From: an uncultured archaeon
GTDB taxonomy: Archaea > Asgardarchaeota > Lokiarchaeia > Sigyniarchaeales > SOKP01
Length of the DNA: 64,000 nt
Direction: 5' to 3'
Assembly (NCBI GenBank): GCA_964632315.1
Contig: CAZWEM010000013.1
Location: 1 to 64,000 of the forward strand
Below are positions 30,165-40,333 of this stretch, one piece after another. The notes beneath the pieces were generated by a model. That model had not been told where the DNA came from and searched no databases. It saw only the letters and a program-made list of their open reading frames with translations. Each line of letters opens with the position of its first letter. The first letter of the stretch is position 1. Made by a program: the position numbers and the translations under genes.

Positions 30165-31613
30165 TTATAATCCAAGTTCTCGCAGTTTAACTTCATTTTC
30201 TTCAACTAGTTCTGGAGTAATATCATACCATTTCCAGAAGATAAATATTGTTATTAAGACAAGTATAGCTGGTATAATCGAACCTTGAATAATAATCCCA
30301 AATACAGCTAGTTCGGGGGTTGGACTTAATGCTTGTAATTGAGCCAAACTAGATGCACCTTCTACAAAACCTGTTAATGGATGGACTATTCCAAAGACTA
30401 CAGCAGTAAAGACTCCGCTTAATCTGATAAAAAATGCATTCCAACCATAGTAAATGGAATTCTCTCTTTTCTTATTGCGTACGGTTAAATCATCAAGTAC
30501 ATCTCCCATTGTTGGAGGATCCATGTACCATTGTCCTCCGAGACCAATGCCCCATAATAACATTGCAATAGCAAGACCAATCAATCCAGTCAATTGCGAA
30601 AACATTATCGGGATAAATAAGATGAACATGGCCCATCCAGCATAAAGACTCATCTTTTTGTTATTATCAACTTTCTTTGCTAATCTTAACCAAAAATATG
30701 TTGATCCTAATGCTCCTAGTAACATTGCTCCAAGGATTAGTGTAAGGTCCAAATCCGTTCCATTTATAACAAATGTTATAAAGTAAGGTCCTGAAGCTTG
30801 AATTAAAGCTGCAGAGGCCTGATAACCAAAGAAAAAGATGACTTTTACCATAAATCTTCTATCACTAAAAACTCTCCACATTGTCTTGAAAAAACCTTCG
30901 TATTCGCTCTGTTTCATCAATTCTCTTTGGGTTGAATATTGTTGCCTTAAATCCTTATTTTCCCAAACACCTGGAATCATTAAGAAGAAAAAGATGAAAG
31001 CGATACCAAGACTAATCCATGCCATTGTTCGATAACTTGCAGGGACTCCTTGTGTCTTTAGTAAGGGAGGAATTGTCATGGCAATCACAATACCCACCAA
31101 TCCAATCATTGTACCATACCCTGTTGCCGTTCTACGCTCGTTTAAGGTCCTAAATTTATCGGGATATAATGCAGTTGCATTAATATTCCAGATAGTTAAA
31201 AAAGTATCATATAATACCAGAGAAATGAAAAACCACCAGAAAAGTAACCACTGATCACTTACCGGATTCCAATTTAGGGGCACTAAAAATATCATCAAAT
31301 AACTAAATAGCCAAGGTATTGCAAATAAAACTATCCAGGGAAATCTTTTAAAACCCCATTTTTTTTCCCAAGGCATGTGAAGTCGCTCAACAAGATAACC
31401 CATTAACGGATCATTAATCGCATTCCACACACTGAATAAGATAAAGGCCAATACGACAAGTTCCGTTGCCAAACCGATCTCTACCTCATAAAAAAACAGC
31501 ACGAAAAGTCCAAAAGCACCGGTAATCCACTGAGAAAAAAGTTGATTAGCACCATAACTTGCCATAATGAATCGAGAATTTTCATATCCTCGTTTTTCTT
31601 TCCATTTTGCCAT
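30165..31613 (-). CDS. GPH-family (MFS_2) sugar/glycoside:cation symporter, paralog of 28405-29838
   Basis: WNAINDPLMG, KRFPW, LYPDKF, DPPTMGDVLDD shared with the neighbour. Confidence 0.88.
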   Translation of the reverse strand: MAKWKEKRGYENSRFIMASYGANQLFSQWITGAFGLFVLFFYEVEIGLATELVVLAFILFSVWNAINDPLMGYLVERLHMPWEKKWGFKRFPWIVLFAIPWLFSYLMIFLVPLNWNPVSDQWLLFWWFFISLVLYDTFLTIWNINATALYPDKFRTLNERRTATGYGTMIGLVGIVIAMTIPPLLKTQGVPASYRTMAWISLGIAFIFFFLMIPGVWENKDLRQQYSTQRELMKQSEYEGFFKTMWRVFSDRRFMVKVIFFFGYQASAALIQASGPYFITFVINGTDLDLTLILGAMLLGALGSTYFWLRLAKKVDNNKKMSLYAGWAMFILFIPIMFSQLTGLIGLAIAMLLWGIGLGGQWYMDPPTMGDVLDDLTVRNKKRENSIYYGWNAFFIRLSGVFTAVVFGIVHPLTGFVEGASSLAQLQALSPTPELAVFGIIIQGSIIPAILVLITIFIFWKWYDITPELVEENEVKLRELGL

Positions 31614-32056
31614 TCTAAATACCTTTTTTTTATAAAATACAAATATTAATATCAGATTTGGTTTAAGATTTATATAAAACTTATGGAATTGAAACGATGA
31701 ATATTTTCGTTATGTAGAATAGAACTCATATTTATAGAATGAATTGAGGAACTTTATTTTTTCAACCAAAAGAATGAGATATTGAATATCTTCTTCTATT
31801 TTTTGAAAAGATGTTTTTCTGCATTATATTTAAATAATAAAATGCATGAACTTATAATGCCGAAATTGAATGGAGATATTGTATACCTCTATTATCATTC
31901 GAGCCGGGATTATCTATACTATTAAATTTTAATAGTCTGAGAATTAATATTAAGGTTCATTTAAGCATAAAATTAAAGGAATCACCTTATTTTCGGCAAT
32001 CTATGCCATAATTGATAAAGTTAATTCCCATATTTAAAAATGGAGAGTGAAAGACA

Positions 32057-33031
32057 ATGTTAAACATATTTATCGCGTTTTTAATTCTCATAGGTAGCAT
32101 TATCCTGATTATTTTTTCCAGTAGCATTGCTGTGAAGCATTCTGCTGCACTTGCCTCAAGTCTGGGGGTTTCCAGCTTGATAATTGGCATTACTTTAGTA
32201 TCTATTGGGACCGATGTATCAGAGATCTTTAATTCAATAATATCATGTGCTATGGGTCACGGAGATATCGATGTAGGTGATTCTGTAGGATCAGATTTGA
32301 CCCAATTAACACTTGTTTTTGGGCTTTTGCCTATAATCTGCGGAAGTTTCATCGTTAAAAGAAAAGAATTTCTCATAATTGGTTCATGCGAAGTTCTTTC
32401 ACTTATTTTAATATTTACTGTTGTAGAAAAGGGATATTTTACACGAGTAGACGCCCTTTTCATGATGCTTAGTTTTTTATTCTATACAATGGTGACTTAT
32501 AACGTGACGAAAAGCGATATGCTTACAAAGGTTGATCTAATGATACATGAGAATCATGATCATTCAAATCGAACAAGAATACATTTTTTACTGTTTGCCA
32601 TTATTGGATTTGCAGGCGTTACTCTAAGCTCATTTCTCATCGTTCAAAGTATTATTTATTTATCTAGTCGATTTTATGTCAATGAATTCATTCTGAGTTT
32701 TTTTCTCTTGAGTATTGGCACTTCTTTACCAGAGCTTAGCGTGGACATCACAGCATTGAGAAAAAAAGATTATAATCTTGCGATTGGAGATATAATTGGT
32801 AGTTGTATTGTTGATTCTACTATTTCAATTGCGATCGGGCAATTTCTATTCCCTCAATCTGTATCGGCTCATTTAGCAATACCCACTATCCTCTATACTG
32901 TTTGTGTTTCATTGATCGTTATTATCGTGGTTTCGAAACGACAAATTATGGATTGGAAATCTGGAATTGTATTCATTTCGATTTACGTTTTAGGATTTCC
33001 TCTTCTGCTTGCTATATTTTTTAATTCTTAA
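32057..33031 (+). CDS. Sodium/calcium exchanger (CaCA family)
   Basis: Two alpha repeats: SIGTDVSE...GDSVGSD and SIGTSLPE...GDIIGS. Confidence 0.88.
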   Translation: MLNIFIAFLILIGSIILIIFSSSIAVKHSAALASSLGVSSLIIGITLVSIGTDVSEIFNSIISCAMGHGDIDVGDSVGSDLTQLTLVFGLLPIICGSFIVKRKEFLIIGSCEVLSLILIFTVVEKGYFTRVDALFMMLSFLFYTMVTYNVTKSDMLTKVDLMIHENHDHSNRTRIHFLLFAIIGFAGVTLSSFLIVQSIIYLSSRFYVNEFILSFFLLSIGTSLPELSVDITALRKKDYNLAIGDIIGSCIVDSTISIAIGQFLFPQSVSAHLAIPTILYTVCVSLIVIIVVSKRQIMDWKSGIVFISIYVLGFPLLLAIFFNS

Positions 33032-33138
33032 AAAAAATAGCTTATTCTTTTGAAATAAAACAAAATATTTACATTTTTTAATAATTTTTTATAACTTGCT
33101 TAGAGAACATTATTAATAATTATATTGAGTTATGTAAA

Positions 33139-33819
33139 ATGAAAATTTATATATTTGAGCCGCATCCAGACGATTTACTATTCGGACCAGGTCCGATATT
33201 ACTCGATTGGATAGAGGATAAAAATGAGATTTATATTATAACAGTCACGGATGGAAGAGCCTGTTATCGTTCTGGAGAGGATAAGTATTCTGATGACGTT
33301 GCTAATATGACAGAAGATGATGTAGCGGAAATGAGAATAAGTGAAGCAAAACGCGCGACAGATTTTTTAGGATTACCACATGAGAATCATCATCTATTAA
33401 GATTTCATGACGCAGATGGGGATAAATATGTTCCGGAAGCTATTGAAAAAGTGAAAATGCTTATTAAGGATGCTGACCGATTAGTTATGCCTAGTGATAA
33501 TAATCTGCACGTAGACCATCAAGCAACTCATGATATTGCTATAGGTGCTGCGAAAGAGCTAGAATTGAAGGATGCCGAATATTTTGTCTACTTTATTTCT
33601 TCATATGGAAAATTCCACGAAGATTCAAAAGACAAGCAATTTGAATATACAATTGATGAACAAAAAGCTATGATTTTGAATGATTGGCTTGACATTTACC
33701 AGTCACAAGCAAAACTCAAATGGACGTGGAAAATGTATAAGAGATATATTAAAAAAGTACGAGATTGGACTTATGCAGTTTTCAGATACGATGATATTGG
33801 AAAGTATTTCAACTTCTAA
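33139..33819 (+). CDS. PIG-L/LmbE-family deacetylase
   Basis: PHPDD, VTDG, R..EA, HVDH motifs. Confidence 0.85.
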   Translation: MKIYIFEPHPDDLLFGPGPILLDWIEDKNEIYIITVTDGRACYRSGEDKYSDDVANMTEDDVAEMRISEAKRATDFLGLPHENHHLLRFHDADGDKYVPEAIEKVKMLIKDADRLVMPSDNNLHVDHQATHDIAIGAAKELELKDAEYFVYFISSYGKFHEDSKDKQFEYTIDEQKAMILNDWLDIYQSQAKLKWTWKMYKRYIKKVRDWTYAVFRYDDIGKYFNF

Positions 33820-33886
33820 GCAATTAAAACTCCTTTTTACTAAAAATTTTTAGATTGAGATTATGCAATGGAATTATTCTAAATTT

Positions 33887-34234
33887 CTATTCTGGTAAGT
33901 AAAATTTACACACGCTACATTGTTTTGCTTTTAAACGTCTATCTGGACCTAAAATAATGTATTTCGTGTTCATTTCACCGCCACATTTTGGACAATTCTT
34001 AACAAAGTTTTCTCTGATTGACTCTAAAACTTTTTGGATATTTTTTTCTAATTTGAGTAATTCATTAGCATTTTCGATGATGTTAGCTGCTGAAATGATC
34101 CCAATCCCTTTAATCCATGCCAGTTCTTCTGGTGTAGCATTCGCTATTTCCTGTACCGTTTTAACACCTGCTTTTTCAAGATTTAATGCAGCAGCAGGGC
34201 CAATTCCTCTTATTCTCTGTAACTCATTCGACAT
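33887..34234 (-). CDS. Helix-hairpin-helix DNA-binding protein with C-terminal Zn ribbon
   Basis: IRGIGP...IKGIG HhH repeats; CPKC...CSVC. Confidence 0.75.
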   Translation of the reverse strand: MSNELQRIRGIGPAAALNLEKAGVKTVQEIANATPEELAWIKGIGIISAANIIENANELLKLEKNIQKVLESIRENFVKNCPKCGGEMNTKYIILGPDRRLKAKQCSVCKFYLPE

Positions 34235-34382
34235 TGTCCCATTTGAACCATAAAATGAGGGTTTTAATTTTAATAAAGCAATTTGGAGTTAATTCAATCC
34301 AGAAATTGATATTTTAAATATATTATGTGATTTCTACAAGATAAAATTTGAGATGATAAAAAAATAAAATTAAAATAGTTAA

Positions 34383-35096
34383 TTATTTTTCCAATTGCCT
34401 TCCCACACCTCTGTAAATTAGGAAGGCAGAGATTATTGCCAGAATTATCCCTGTGAGTCCCATTCCAATCCGAAAGGTCGGATTATTTAGTGTATTTGAT
34501 AGGAATACGCCATACATGAACACAGTTAAGCATAAGAATCCGTAAATAAAGGATTTCCATTTCTGTTTTAAAGTCTCATCTTGAAATTTCTTGTATATTA
34601 AGAGAGATAAGTAAAATATTGTAATCGTTACTATTAGTTCAGCACCAGTTAAATACCAGAAAAATGGTAAAGACCACACTGGAGATAAATTCTCATCTAA
34701 GGTGACTCCATATCCTGGTGTGATAATGAAGAATATCATGCAAAACATTACAACTCCAAATACCACTAAGATTAAAGCTTGTTTGGCTGTATTAATTACT
34801 TTTTCAGATTTTAATAATATTAAATCAAAGACAACAAGAAAAATTGGAGAGTAAAATATTCCAAAATTTGTGAGGTAATTCAGAAACAGAATTAGTGGTA
34901 CATATGTCATAGGACCGTATAAAAAATTAATAAAAAAGCCAATAACTGGGGAAATATAAAATCCAGCGAATATAATATTTAACCTTTTTTTGTCTCGTCT
35001 TAATATCTTTATTGCGAGGTAAAGAAATACCGCGAAAACTATTCCTTGTGCTATGTAAATGGTGAAAAATCGAGTTATAGACATCTGATATAACAT
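34383..35096 (-). CDS. Stand-alone 7-TM membrane protein (HisKA_7TM-like)
   Basis: Seven hydrophobic segments; paralog of 35203-35916. Confidence 0.7.
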   Translation of the reverse strand: MLYQMSITRFFTIYIAQGIVFAVFLYLAIKILRRDKKRLNIIFAGFYISPVIGFFINFLYGPMTYVPLILFLNYLTNFGIFYSPIFLVVFDLILLKSEKVINTAKQALILVVFGVVMFCMIFFIITPGYGVTLDENLSPVWSLPFFWYLTGAELIVTITIFYLSLLIYKKFQDETLKQKWKSFIYGFLCLTVFMYGVFLSNTLNNPTFRIGMGLTGIILAIISAFLIYRGVGRQLEK

Positions 35097-35202
35097 GATT
35101 TAATAGTTACCTTCTTTTGTTTTTTTTAGAAATTTTGTATTTAATATTGTAATTCAATAATATAAATGCATTTAACAGTAAAAGAATTTTAAAGAATTTT
35201 TG

Positions 35203-35916
35203 TCACAATTGTTTAGCAACGCCGTAATAAATGAAATATAAAGATGCTAAACAAGGTAAAGATAGAAATGACCATATTAATCTGAACGTAGGATCAGCTA
35301 ATGTGTTCGAAAGAGATGTTCCATAATAAAGAAAGAAATAACCAGCAATACCTATAAGAAAATATCTCCATTTCCTCTTTAAGTTCCTAAATTTAAAGCT
35401 CTTATCAATTTTTAAAGAATAATAAATGGTAGGACCTATTGCAAAGACACTACATACAATAATGCTATACAAAAAGAAAAACCAACTCCATTCAGGTTTC
35501 CATGATGTTGAAGGCCCGATAGTAATGCCATTAGGAATGAACCATAGACCCAAAATCAAGATACTAAATATAAAAATGAGAAGGAGTTGTTTTTGAACGG
35601 TGACTACATTTTCGGATTTTAATAACACTAACACGAAAATGAGTAGGAATATGAGTGAGAGACAAAGTAAATAGTATGTAATGAAATGTAAAATATGAAC
35701 GATATACTCATCAAATATATTAATGTAAATCATGTTTAATATGACACCTGCTGCAACAAATAAATAAAAGTTACTTAAAATCAAGTTTAAACCACGTGCT
35801 TCCCTTTTTAGGATTTTAAGCCATACAAATAAATAAAATAACCCTGCAAAACCTTGCACAATGAAGACTTGTATGAATCTTGCTAAATCCATTCCTTGTA
35901 CTATTATCAAGATCAA
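35203..35916 (-). CDS. Stand-alone 7-TM membrane protein (HisKA_7TM-like); probable start ATG 35892
   Basis: Seven hydrophobic segments; shares LLKSE, P.WS, KW..F..G, SNTL..PTFR, IY.GV..QL with its neighbour. Confidence 0.7.
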   Translation of the reverse strand: MILIIVQGMDLARFIQVFIVQGFAGLFYLFVWLKILKREARGLNLILSNFYLFVAAGVILNMIYINIFDEYIVHILHFITYYLLCLSLIFLLIFVLVLLKSENVVTVQKQLLLIFIFSILILGLWFIPNGITIGPSTSWKPEWSWFFFLYSIIVCSVFAIGPTIYYSLKIDKSFKFRNLKRKWRYFLIGIAGYFFLYYGTSLSNTLADPTFRLIWSFLSLPCLASLYFIYYGVAKQL

Positions 35917-36084
35917 ACCTAATCCCCTTATAAAAACATTTTCTTGTCTTGATTAAAATATTATTTTAATTCTTTTTAATTTTTGATTTTTCAATTATTT
36001 TTTTAGGATATAGAATCAGATTCAAAAATTATTATACTTATAAATTTAGGGATTATGATTTAATAAAGACCCAAGTAAGGAAAT

Positions 36085-36279
36085 TTATTGCTCTCTCCAC
36101 TCAACGCCACATTTACCACATCGATACTTTTTACCGTATACTCGAGGATAATCACTTATTATGTGGCCTTTATCAACACTCTCGTGAATCATATTTTTAT
36201 TTTCTTCACCACATTTGGGGCATTTCCGACGACCTTCAGATTTTTCAATAGTCAATAATCCATCAGGGTTTTCATCCAT
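36085..36279 (-). CDS. Small Zn-ribbon protein (TFIIS/Rpb9 C-ribbon-like spacing)
   Basis: CPKC-X~29-CGKCG.EWR. Confidence 0.65.
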   Translation of the reverse strand: MDENPDGLLTIEKSEGRRKCPKCGEENKNMIHESVDKGHIISDYPRVYGKKYRCGKCGVEWREQ

Positions 36280-36349
36280 TTTTATTTTTCATCTCTCATT
36301 CAATTTTTTGTTATTGGTAAAAACAAATATATAATGCGATTAAGCGTTA

Positions 36350-36952
36350 TTAAATTTTTTCAACTTTTTCAGATGAATTCAATCCAAATCCTTTTACTTT
36401 TTCATAGAGTTCTGGATTTGAAATTTTAAATTTAGTCACGCTATCTTCAAGAATTTTCTTAAATAAATCGTATAAATCTTTATTAGGATCTTTAATCTCA
36501 AAACAATATTCTAAACCTAATTCATTACATTTCCGAATCAATCGATGGCGACTAATTCTTACTTCATTGATTGAGGAATCATTTTTTGTAGATTTCAAAT
36601 CAAATGCTATTAAAACCGATGACCCTCTAAAATTAATTTCATTACATAATTCCTTATAGAGGTGTTTTTCATAATCATTAAGCGAATCATCATCGTAAAT
36701 ATTTAATACAAGAAAAAGAAAATCAAAACCATTTACATAATCTAAATCTGATAACACCCCATTCATAGTATCATACTGCTTTACATGAATTTTAATTGGA
36801 ATGTATTTGTGTATGATTTGAAATACTAAACTTTCAAGGGCTCCTTCTTGTCTATTGATCGCGAGTTTTTTTAAACATCTCAAAATCAACTCATTTCCAG
36901 TGGGTTCTTTTCCGATAATTGCAATTTTAAGTTTATAGTTAATTTTCCTCAT
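36350..36952 (-). CDS. Degenerate small-GTPase-like protein
   Basis: YKLKIAIIG N-terminus, FLFLVLNIYD, SVLIA.D.K, YCFEI...DLFKKI follow the Ras fold, but GxxxxGK[ST] and DxxG are lost. Confidence 0.5.
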   Translation of the reverse strand: MRKINYKLKIAIIGKEPTGNELILRCLKKLAINRQEGALESLVFQIIHKYIPIKIHVKQYDTMNGVLSDLDYVNGFDFLFLVLNIYDDDSLNDYEKHLYKELCNEINFRGSSVLIAFDLKSTKNDSSINEVRISRHRLIRKCNELGLEYCFEIKDPNKDLYDLFKKILEDSVTKFKISNPELYEKVKGFGLNSSEKVEKI

Positions 36953-36993
36953 TCTTATGAATTACAAAAAAGTAATATGCTTTTACATTTTAT

Positions 36994-37959
36994 ATGATAA
37001 GTAAAGATTTTTACTATAAATTCTTGATTAAATTAATGTTTAGGAGATATTTACTTCTTTTTTTAATGATTTGTATTTGGGGTTTTTCTTTTGTATTAGT
37101 AGATATTGCCATACAAATTATCCCTCCTTTATCGATTGCCTTATATCGATTTGTAATTGCATCACTTACATATATAGTAATTGATATTGTTTTATTTATT
37201 AGAAAGCATTTCTTTAAAAAAGAACAGCACTCTGAAACAAAAAGCAAGTATTCTAAAAAGGAGATTATTCTATTAATTTTATCTAGCTTTTTCGGAGTTT
37301 CCTTATTCTTTTTAATTCAATATACTTCTATTGAGTTAGTTGGACCTACTTTACCAGCACTCTTTGTATGTTTATTGTCCCCTTTATTTATAACTTTATT
37401 AGCACTCCTTTTTTTCAATGAAAAATTAACGAAGTTACGAATGTTAGGATTTATAATTTCATCAATTGGGGCATTTCTTTTAATTACGGGAGGGAATTTA
37501 AAGAATTTGATTTTAGGATCACCAAATTTTCTTGGATATTTTTTAGCATTACTCACTCCATTTTTATGGTCGCTTTATTCAACATTTACAAAGAAAATCT
37601 CGAAAAAACGATCAACTATGATTTTAAATAAATATATTAGCTACTTTGGCACTTTAGAGCTTTTAATATTTGTTTTAATAACTAATGAAATCAAGATTTT
37701 CCTTGAGAACATTTTTAACGTGGTCATTATCACTTCTGGATTGTATTTGGGCGTAGGGTGTTATGTTTTAGGGTATTATATATGGCAAAACTCCCAACAT
37801 ACATTGAAATCATTTAAAGTTGCATCATTTCTATATGTAGAACCCTTTATTACGTTGCTATTTTCAATTATTCTTCAAAGAACCGATATTTTAGTGATTT
37901 GGAATATAGTAGGGGGTGTAATAGTATTATTGGGAGTTTTATTAATAGATTATCGCTAA
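36994..37959 (+). CDS. DMT/EamA-family transporter
   Basis: IWGFSF, YRFVIA, LSPLF...EKL, FLYVEP; about 10 TM helices. Confidence 0.88.
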   Translation: MISKDFYYKFLIKLMFRRYLLLFLMICIWGFSFVLVDIAIQIIPPLSIALYRFVIASLTYIVIDIVLFIRKHFFKKEQHSETKSKYSKKEIILLILSSFFGVSLFFLIQYTSIELVGPTLPALFVCLLSPLFITLLALLFFNEKLTKLRMLGFIISSIGAFLLITGGNLKNLILGSPNFLGYFLALLTPFLWSLYSTFTKKISKKRSTMILNKYISYFGTLELLIFVLITNEIKIFLENIFNVVIITSGLYLGVGCYVLGYYIWQNSQHTLKSFKVASFLYVEPFITLLFSIILQRTDILVIWNIVGGVIVLLGVLLIDYR

Positions 37960-37992
37960 ACTCAATACGTCTTTCCAATATATTTTTAAAAT

Positions 37993-39417
37993 TTACAAAT
38001 TCTTTTTTACTATTGAATCAAACTCATTTTTTAGAGTTCCATCAACTGGATATTTCGGGCTATTAGTGCTTAATTTATTTGCTAAATCAATCGCCCTTTT
38101 GCGAGTCGATTTAGAGCCTGCAGATTTCCATGCTTCTCTTGACATCCTGTCAATTATAGGTCCAGTGATGAATAATTCTTTTCTAAAAAGATTTAGAGTA
38201 GTAGAATGTGATAATAATTCTTCGTTTTCGCTATAATCCTTGAGTATATCAAGGGCAAAAGGAGAGCCGTAATCTTCAACACCTCGTATCAATCTTTTTA
38301 CCATACCGACTATCTCATTATCGATTATTAATTTCTCAATACTCTGTGTAGATTCAAAATCTAGCATCCCTGGTCCAGAAATCATGTTTATTCCCGCTAA
38401 TCCTGCGAGCATTGCACCCATTCCACCTTCAAATCCTGCTTGTGCATCTGGGACTTTTGAATCACTCAAACTCATGTAGGCATGAGTCGGTAGATTTAGA
38501 AATTTCCCCATCTCGACATCGCCCAAATTGATCATCATGGTTTCTATGGCTCCCATAGGAGTTGTTCCCGCTTTCATATCTAAAATCGCGGGAGAACCTC
38601 CCCAAATAAGGGGGGCACCTTTATTTGCTAACTGTACTATCACAACTCCAGCTAAACATTCTGCACAATGTTGAGTTATTGAACCAATTAATGTAATTGG
38701 AGCACTCGCGCCGGATAATGGCATAGATACAAATTCAGAGGGGATATTATATCTTGCAGCGTCTATTAGGGATTGAGATGTTAAATCTGACCACTTTAAT
38801 GGAGGACTTGGACAAGCATCAAAAATAGCGAGAGGTTTTTTAGCAAGATCGTCTTCTGATAATCTACATGCTAAAAGCAAATCTTTCATTATTTTGAAAC
38901 TTTCTTTCCTAAATGTACCAGTTACCACGGGTTTATGGCAATGAAGTAGTGCTAAATAAAGGCGATGCCAATCTTGAGCACTTTTTGGGACATCTTGATA
39001 TACTAATGCCGTGCTTTGGGCATCAATATTTTTAAGTTGAGAGACAATCTTCGAAAAGCGAATGAAATCGCTGGATTGTGCCTCTCTGATCTTTCCAGAT
39101 TGTTCATCCAAAATTAATATTGCTGCAGAACCAGGATCAAAATGAATTTCATCACCCTTTAATTCTAAACTTTCACTCCCCTCTCTGTCATAAAGCTTAA
39201 TTTCAGAAGGAGTAGTATTTAAAGAGGCATCCACTAAATCCGAAGGAATAAAAAATCGTTCTCCCTCATTAGGAACTCCTTTCTTTTTTAATAATTCTTT
39301 AGCTTCAGCATTTTCGATGTAAACGCCAAGCTTTTCGAGGATTAGTTTTGCTTCGTTATGAATTAACTCTTTATGGTTTTCATCTAAAACTTTAATTTTA
39401 GGCCTAAGAATTGTCAT
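37993..39417 (-). CDS. MttB-superfamily methylamine/quaternary amine:corrinoid methyltransferase, non-pyrrolysine (MtgB-like)
   Basis: SPPLKW, GASAPITLIG, AECLAG, SDSKVPDAQAG, GMLD..IDNEI. No in-frame TAG; Leu (TTG, 38467-38469) at the Pyl-equivalent position. Confidence 0.9.
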   Translation of the reverse strand: MTILRPKIKVLDENHKELIHNEAKLILEKLGVYIENAEAKELLKKKGVPNEGERFFIPSDLVDASLNTTPSEIKLYDREGSESLELKGDEIHFDPGSAAILILDEQSGKIREAQSSDFIRFSKIVSQLKNIDAQSTALVYQDVPKSAQDWHRLYLALLHCHKPVVTGTFRKESFKIMKDLLLACRLSEDDLAKKPLAIFDACPSPPLKWSDLTSQSLIDAARYNIPSEFVSMPLSGASAPITLIGSITQHCAECLAGVVIVQLANKGAPLIWGGSPAILDMKAGTTPMGAIETMMINLGDVEMGKFLNLPTHAYMSLSDSKVPDAQAGFEGGMGAMLAGLAGINMISGPGMLDFESTQSIEKLIIDNEIVGMVKRLIRGVEDYGSPFALDILKDYSENEELLSHSTTLNLFRKELFITGPIIDRMSREAWKSAGSKSTRKRAIDLANKLSTNSPKYPVDGTLKNEFDSIVKKNL

Positions 39418-39436
39418 CTAATTTTCATTTCCTTAT

Positions 39437-40333
39437 TTAATTTCTATTTTCTAATCTGCTTCTTATTTCTTTTATCGTTTGAGGAGATGTACCACAACAT
39501 CCTCCCACAATCTTCGCTCCTTCATCAATAATTTTCATGATATCACTTGCGAATTCTTGAACTGATTGGTCATACACGGTCTTAGTTCCACCTTCAAGAC
39601 GTGGCTTACCTGCATTAGGTTTGATTGATATTGGCTTTTTGGTTAACTTTGAAATTTCAGTTGTTAATTCGATCATTTCGTGGGAACCTAATGTACAATT
39701 TGATCCAATTACATCCACTCCCTCATTGGATTGAATATCTACGCACTTTTCAAGGGAATCTCCCATGATTGTAAAAAAGCCTCTTTTAGTTCGTTTATAA
39801 GTCATTGAACTTATTATTGGTTTTGAAGAGACTTCCTTAACAGCTCGAATTGCTGCTTGCATTTCAATAATATCGGAGATTGTCTCTATGTGCCATAGAT
39901 CGACTCCATTTTCTAAAATCTCGACTTGTTTTTTATAGCTTACCTGCCATATCTCAAGACTAGCTTTACCAATAGGAGGTCTAAAAACTCCAGAAGGACC
40001 AATATCTCCCACTATGAGGGCTGTTGAAGGTTTACTCTTTTTAATATTTTCTAGTGCTTTTAAATTGATAAGTATAATTTTATCTTCACTTTTATGATTT
40101 TGTAAATTGAGATAATTGGCGCCAAATGTATTTGTCTGACACATATTCGATCCCGCTTCAAAATAAGCCTTATGGATCTCTGCTATTACTTCTGGTTCTT
40201 CAATGTTTAATATATCCGGAAGTTTTCCGGGTTTTAGCCCTCGTTTGATCACTTCTGACCCCATTCCCCCATCGAATAAAATCGTTTTTGAAGGATCGTT
40301 CAGCCAATCTTGAAATCTCATTACAGTTCCCAC
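39437..40333 (-). CDS. Homocysteine S-methyltransferase domain protein (MetH Hcy-binding module)
   Basis: FDGGMG, H..Y..AG, TNTFGAN, IETI, GSNC, PNAG.P, IVGGCCGT (Zn ligands intact). Confidence 0.9.
   Translation of the reverse strand: MGTVMRFQDWLNDPSKTILFDGGMGSEVIKRGLKPGKLPDILNIEEPEVIAEIHKAYFEAGSNMCQTNTFGANYLNLQNHKSEDKIILINLKALENIKKSKPSTALIVGDIGPSGVFRPPIGKASLEIWQVSYKKQVEILENGVDLWHIETISDIIEMQAAIRAVKEVSSKPIISSMTYKRTKRGFFTIMGDSLEKCVDIQSNEGVDVIGSNCTLGSHEMIELTTEISKLTKKPISIKPNAGKPRLEGGTKTVYDQSVQEFASDIMKIIDEGAKIVGGCCGTSPQTIKEIRSRLENRN

Noticed and set aside
34383-35916. Rhodopsins (schizorhodopsin/heliorhodopsin)
   Set aside because: Seven TM helices but no retinal-binding Lys motif in helix 7.
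37993-39417. Pyrrolysine-containing trimethylamine methyltransferase / methanogenesis
   Set aside because: No in-frame TAG, Leu at the Pyl position, no pyl or mcr genes in the window, and the partner is a homocysteine methyltransferase.
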